Assembly: GCA_963798845.1 (NCBI GenBank)
Contig: CAWCUS010000002.1
Coordinates: 640,001-704,000 of the forward strand
Direction of reading: 5' to 3'
From: an uncultured Gemmatimonadales bacterium
Lineage (GTDB): Bacteria; Gemmatimonadota; Gemmatimonadetes; Longimicrobiales; RSA9
DNA length: 64,000 nt
Made by a program: the position numbers and the translations under genes. Positions 52,128-64,000 of the stretch are shown here, piece after piece (position 1 is the stretch's first letter; every line of letters begins with the position of its first letter). The notes beneath the pieces were generated by a model. It saw only the letters and a program-made list of their open reading frames with translations. It had not been told where the DNA came from and searched no databases.

Positions 52128-52831
52128 TGCCAAAGCACGGGAAGAACTATCGACGCGCGGCATCGCTCCTGCCGAAGGGCATCAAGTTCGAGGAGCCGGA
52201 GCGAGCGCTGGAGCTGGTGAAGGAGAACGCGTTCGCCAAGTTCGACGAGACCGTGGAGGTCTCGGTGCGTCTGGGCGTGGACCCGCGGCACGCGGACCAG
52301 ATCGTCCGGGGCACGGTGGTGCTCCCGCACGGGACCGGGAAGACGGTGCGGGTCCTGGTGCTGGCCGAGGGCGCACAGGCGGAGGCGGGGGAGGCGGCGG
52401 GCGCAGATTACGTGGGGATGGAGCACGTCGCCCGGATCAAGGAAGGGTGGCTCGACTTCGACGTGGTGGTGGCGGCGCCGAACGTCATGGGCCAGGTGGG
52501 GCAGCTGGGCCGCGTGCTCGGCCCCCGGGGCCTGATGCCGACTCCGAAGGCGGGGACGGTGACCATGGACGTGGAGAAGGCGGTGCGGGAGATCAAGGCG
52601 GGGAAGATCGAGTTCCGCGTCGACCGGACCGGGAACGTCCACATCCCCATCGGGAAGGTGTCGTTCAGCATCGAGCAGCTGGCGGAGAACATGGGGGCGG
52701 TGATGGACGTGATCCAGCGCGCGAAGCCGGCGGCGGCGAAGGGCGCCTACGTCCGCAGCGTGACGGTCTCGAGCACCATGGGGCCGGGCGTGGGAATCGA
52801 CCCGAACCTCTATCGGCGGGTGGCGGCATGA
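52127..52831 (+). CDS. rplA: 50S ribosomal protein L1
   Basis: [38 protein letters not shown]. Confidence 0.98.
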   Translation: MPKHGKNYRRAASLLPKGIKFEEPERALELVKENAFAKFDETVEVSVRLGVDPRHADQIVRGTVVLPHGTGKTVRVLVLAEGAQAEAGEAAGADYVGMEHVARIKEGWLDFDVVVAAPNVMGQVGQLGRVLGPRGLMPTPKAGTVTMDVEKAVREIKAGKIEFRVDRTGNVHIPIGKVSFSIEQLAENMGAVMDVIQRAKPAAAKGAYVRSVTVSSTMGPGVGIDPNLYRRVAA

Positions 52832-53358
52832 GCAGCGGAACGGGACGGAAGCAGGCGGTGGTGGAGGAGCTGGCCGGGAAGCTGGATGCGGCCAAGGCTT
52901 TCTACCTCACGGACTTCACCGGGCTCAACGTCAAGAAGATGACGACGCTCCGCGCCCGCATGCGGGCGGAGGGCGTGGAGTACCTGGTGGTGAAGAATAC
53001 GCTGGCGCTGCGGGCCCTGGCGGGGCTCGAGGTGCCGGACATCGCGGAGTTCTTCAAGGGCCCGACGGGCGTGGTGATCGGCGTCGAGGATGCCGTCCTC
53101 GCGGCGAGGGTGCTGAACGACTTCGCGAAGGAGAACGACGACCGTCCGTCCGTGAAGGTCGGCGTGGTCGAACGGCAGCGGGTGAGCGCCGAGCAGGTGG
53201 GGCGCCTGGCCAGGCTGCCACCGCGGGACATGCTCCTGGCGGAACTGGCGGGCGCCATGCAGGCCCCGCTGTCACAGCTCGTCTTCCTCATGCAGGCGAA
53301 GCTGAGCGAAATGGTGGGTCTGCTCGAGGCGCTCCGCGCCGAGCGGGAAGGCGCTTAA
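52828..53358 (+). CDS. rplJ: 50S ribosomal protein L10
   Basis: DFTGLNV, VVKNTL, GPT, LARLP; ATGA overlap with rplA. Confidence 0.95.
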   Translation: MSSGTGRKQAVVEELAGKLDAAKAFYLTDFTGLNVKKMTTLRARMRAEGVEYLVVKNTLALRALAGLEVPDIAEFFKGPTGVVIGVEDAVLAARVLNDFAKENDDRPSVKVGVVERQRVSAEQVGRLARLPPRDMLLAELAGAMQAPLSQLVFLMQAKLSEMVGLLEALRAEREGA

Positions 53359-53380
53359 CCTAGGAACGGGAAGAAGGAAC

Positions 53381-53758
53381 ATGGCCAACAAGGAAGAGCT
53401 GCTCGACGCCATCGGCAACATGACCGTCATGGAGCTGGCGGAGTTCGTCGACGCGTTCAAGGAGAAGTTCGGCGTGACCGCCATGATGGCGGCGCCGGCG
53501 GCGGGCGCCCCGGCGGGCGGGGCTCCGGCCGAGGCGGCCGAGGAGAAGGACGAGTTCGACGTCGTCCTGACCGATATCGGTGGCAAGAAGATCCAGGTGA
53601 TCAAGGTGGTCCGTGAGGTCACGAGCCTGGGGCTGAAGGAAGCCAAGGACCTGGTGGACGGCGCTCCGAGCACGGTGAAGGAAGCCGTGTCGAAGGAGGA
53701 GGCCCAGCAGATCAAGGCGAAGCTGGAGGAGCAGGGCGCCACGGTCGAGCTGAAGTAG
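53381..53758 (+). CDS. rplL: 50S ribosomal protein L7/L12
   Basis: [31 protein letters not shown]. Confidence 0.98.
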   Translation: MANKEELLDAIGNMTVMELAEFVDAFKEKFGVTAMMAAPAAGAPAGGAPAEAAEEKDEFDVVLTDIGGKKIQVIKVVREVTSLGLKEAKDLVDGAPSTVKEAVSKEEAQQIKAKLEEQGATVELK

Positions 53759-53912
53759 CCGGGCCTGCAAGTTCCCCGGGCGGATCGGGTGGTGGCCGAC
53801 GCCGCTCGATCCGCCTTCGCGGGACGACGCACGGCACCGGTCCTTCGGCTGCGAACGAGGCATTAATGCTCTTGGGTTCGAACAAACCTACAATTCAGGT
53901 CCGACCGAGCGA

Positions 53913-53946
53913 CCCCGCCCCCCTGAAGGGGTGGCCGGGGCTTTCT
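53913..53946 (+). terminator. Possible attenuator between rplL and rpoB
   Basis: Imperfect CCCCG..CCCC/GGGG..CGGGG stem followed by CTTTCT. Confidence 0.35.
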
Positions 53947-53989
53947 GCGCTTGGGCACCGGACCGCGAGTGCTTGAGGAGGGGTCCGTC

Positions 53990-58195
<4,206 letters not shown>

Positions 58196-58209
58196 AGGGA
58201 GAAGACTGA

Positions 58210-62536
<4,327 letters not shown>

Positions 62537-62602
62537 GAAGCGATCGAAGGGAACCCGCGGGCGGGGCGGGAACGGCCGCCACGCAGGGAGTGCGGGGAGA
62601 CC

Positions 62603-62639
62603 AACCCGCCGCGGTCGGCCATGCCGGCCGTGGCGGGTT
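62603..62639 (+). terminator. Long hairpin after rpoC
   Basis: AACCCGCCGCGGTCGGC/GCCGGCCGTGGCGGGTT 17-bp stem with two G-U pairs; weak U-tract. Confidence 0.45.
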
Positions 62640-62670
62640 CGTCGCTTCGCCAGCGCCCCGGGGAAAGGCC

Positions 62671-62854
62671 TGACACGAAGGGCTCGAAGGGTCGAAGGGC
62701 TCGAAGTGAGCGGCCGGGTCGGGCGGGTTCGCCGCCCGGGAGACCGCCGGGCAAACCACCAGGGTTGTCCCCTGGCCGGAGTGGCCGCGACGACATCACC
62801 CTCGCACGCGGCGCCCTCCTTCGAGCCCTTCGACCCTTCGAGCCCTTCGTGTCA
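62671..62854. repeat. 184-bp element bounded by perfect 36-bp inverted repeats (MITE/REP-like)
   Basis: TGACACGAAGGGCTCGAAGGGTCGAAGGGCTCGAAG at 62671-62706 and its exact reverse complement at 62819-62854. Confidence 0.85.
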
Positions 62855-62930
62855 CGCAGTTCCGGAGAGCGTGCCGCCGAAGCCAGGCCCCGCCCCGCTC
62901 CGGCGCCTGGCCGGGCTGGCGGGCCGGGTG

Positions 62931-62959
62931 TTGACACTTCCAGAGCCGCCCTTTACCTT
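62931..62959 (+). promoter_or_regulatory. Sigma70 promoter of the str operon
   Basis: TTGACA-17-TACCTT. Confidence 0.75.
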
Positions 62960-63055
62960 TGCAAGTCTGTCCCGCCTGCGATTGAGGCGGACGCGGCGGG
63001 GGCTCCGGCTCCCGCACTTTTTATCGGAAGCGAATGGCGGGGAAAACGGAAGCGA

Positions 63056-63427
63056 ATGCCGACGATCAATCAGCTCGTGCGCAAGGGTCGCAGGGAGGTC
63101 GGGAAGGCCGACAAGGCGCCCGCGCTCCAGGGGAACCCGCAGCGCCGCGGGGTGTGCACACGCGTGTACACGACCACGCCGAAGAAGCCGAACTCCGCGC
63201 TCCGCAAGGTCGCGCGCGTGCGGCTCACGAACGGGTACGAGGTGACCGCGTACATCCCCGGGGAGGGGCACAACCTCCAGGAGCACTCGATCGTGCTGAT
63301 CCGGGGTGGTCGTGTGAAGGACCTTCCGGGCGTCCGCTACCACATCATCCGCGGTACGCTGGACGCGAGTGGGGTGCAGGACCGGCGCAAGAGCCGATCG
63401 AAGTACGGCGCGAAGAGGCCGAGGTAA
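63056..63427 (+). CDS. rpsL: 30S ribosomal protein S12
   Basis: [33 protein letters not shown]. Confidence 0.99.
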   Translation: MPTINQLVRKGRREVGKADKAPALQGNPQRRGVCTRVYTTTPKKPNSALRKVARVRLTNGYEVTAYIPGEGHNLQEHSIVLIRGGRVKDLPGVRYHIIRGTLDASGVQDRRKSRSKYGAKRPR

Positions 63428-63428
63428 G

Positions 63429-63899
63429 ATGAGCCGACGTACGAGCGCGGTCAGGCGGCAGGTGCCGGAGGATCCGAAGTACGGGTCCGACGTGGCCACG
63501 AAGTTCATCAACAACCTGATGGTGGACGGGAAGAAGTCCGTGTCGGAGCGGATCTTCTACGAAGCCATGCGGGTGATCGAGGAGAAGACCGGTCAGCCGG
63601 CCTTCAAGGTTTTCGAGCAGGGGCTGAACAACGTGAAGCCGGCCGTCGAGGTGAAGAGCCGGCGGGTAGGCGGTGCCACGTACCAGGTCCCGGTGGAAGT
63701 GCGGCCGGAGCGCCGGACGGCGCTCGGGATGCGGTGGCTGATCCAGTTCAGCCGCCAGCGCACGGAGAAGACGATGGCGGAGCGCCTTGCGGCGGAGCTG
63801 CTGTCGGCGAGCCGGAACGAGGGAAGCGCGGTGAAGAAGAAGGACGATACGCACCGCATGGCGGAAGCGAACAAGGCGTTCGCGCACTACCGCTGGTAG
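63429..63899 (+). CDS. rpsG: 30S ribosomal protein S7
   Basis: [32 protein letters not shown]. Confidence 0.99.
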   Translation: MSRRTSAVRRQVPEDPKYGSDVATKFINNLMVDGKKSVSERIFYEAMRVIEEKTGQPAFKVFEQGLNNVKPAVEVKSRRVGGATYQVPVEVRPERRTALGMRWLIQFSRQRTEKTMAERLAAELLSASRNEGSAVKKKDDTHRMAEANKAFAHYRW

Positions 63900-64000
63900 A
63901 AGGAGCTGGTTCTCGGATCGAGAGTCTCCCGGAGGGGTGAGGGGGCGGTCGGAGAAGGACAATCTGGGAGGGTCGCAACCTCGCAGCGCAGGAGCGAGGC

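Overview
High-GC bacterial chromosomal window. Gene content and order suggest Gemmatimonadota; this is inference, not checked. 1-26.7 kb: mostly housekeeping (csp, prfC, rsmD, DDAH, rnd, pyk, pgi, HK/NtrC pair, smpB, amidase, pyrD, pyrF, mscS, cysS). 26.9-48.7 kb: accessory block between tRNA-Thr(UGU) and tRNA-Thr(GGU), holding a membrane-anchored SARP/BTAD-TPR regulator, a ~1740-aa repetitive CSLREA/choice-of-anchor-Q lipoprotein, iorAB-like/GNAT/acyl-CoA ligase genes, an OMP pair, an antiporter, tRNA-Gly and a leishmanolysin-like protease with a coupled lipoprotein. 49-64 kb: tuf-rpmG-secE-nusG-rplKAJL-rpoBC-rpsLG. No CRISPR array, integrase, transposase or prophage was recognised. Best leads: (1) a single-chain HicA-HicB fusion with the catalytic His replaced by Cys, coupled to rsmD; (2) 11-bp-phased CCTGAC boxes upstream of the giant lipoprotein gene next to the transmembrane SARP regulator; (3) an M8 protease with a possible AprI-like partner; (4) a 184-bp element with perfect 36-bp inverted repeats between rpoC and rpsL; (5) an rplA/rplJ overlap leaving no room for an L10 leader. 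Several apparent +1 frameshifts, one in essential rpoC, are probably sequence errors.
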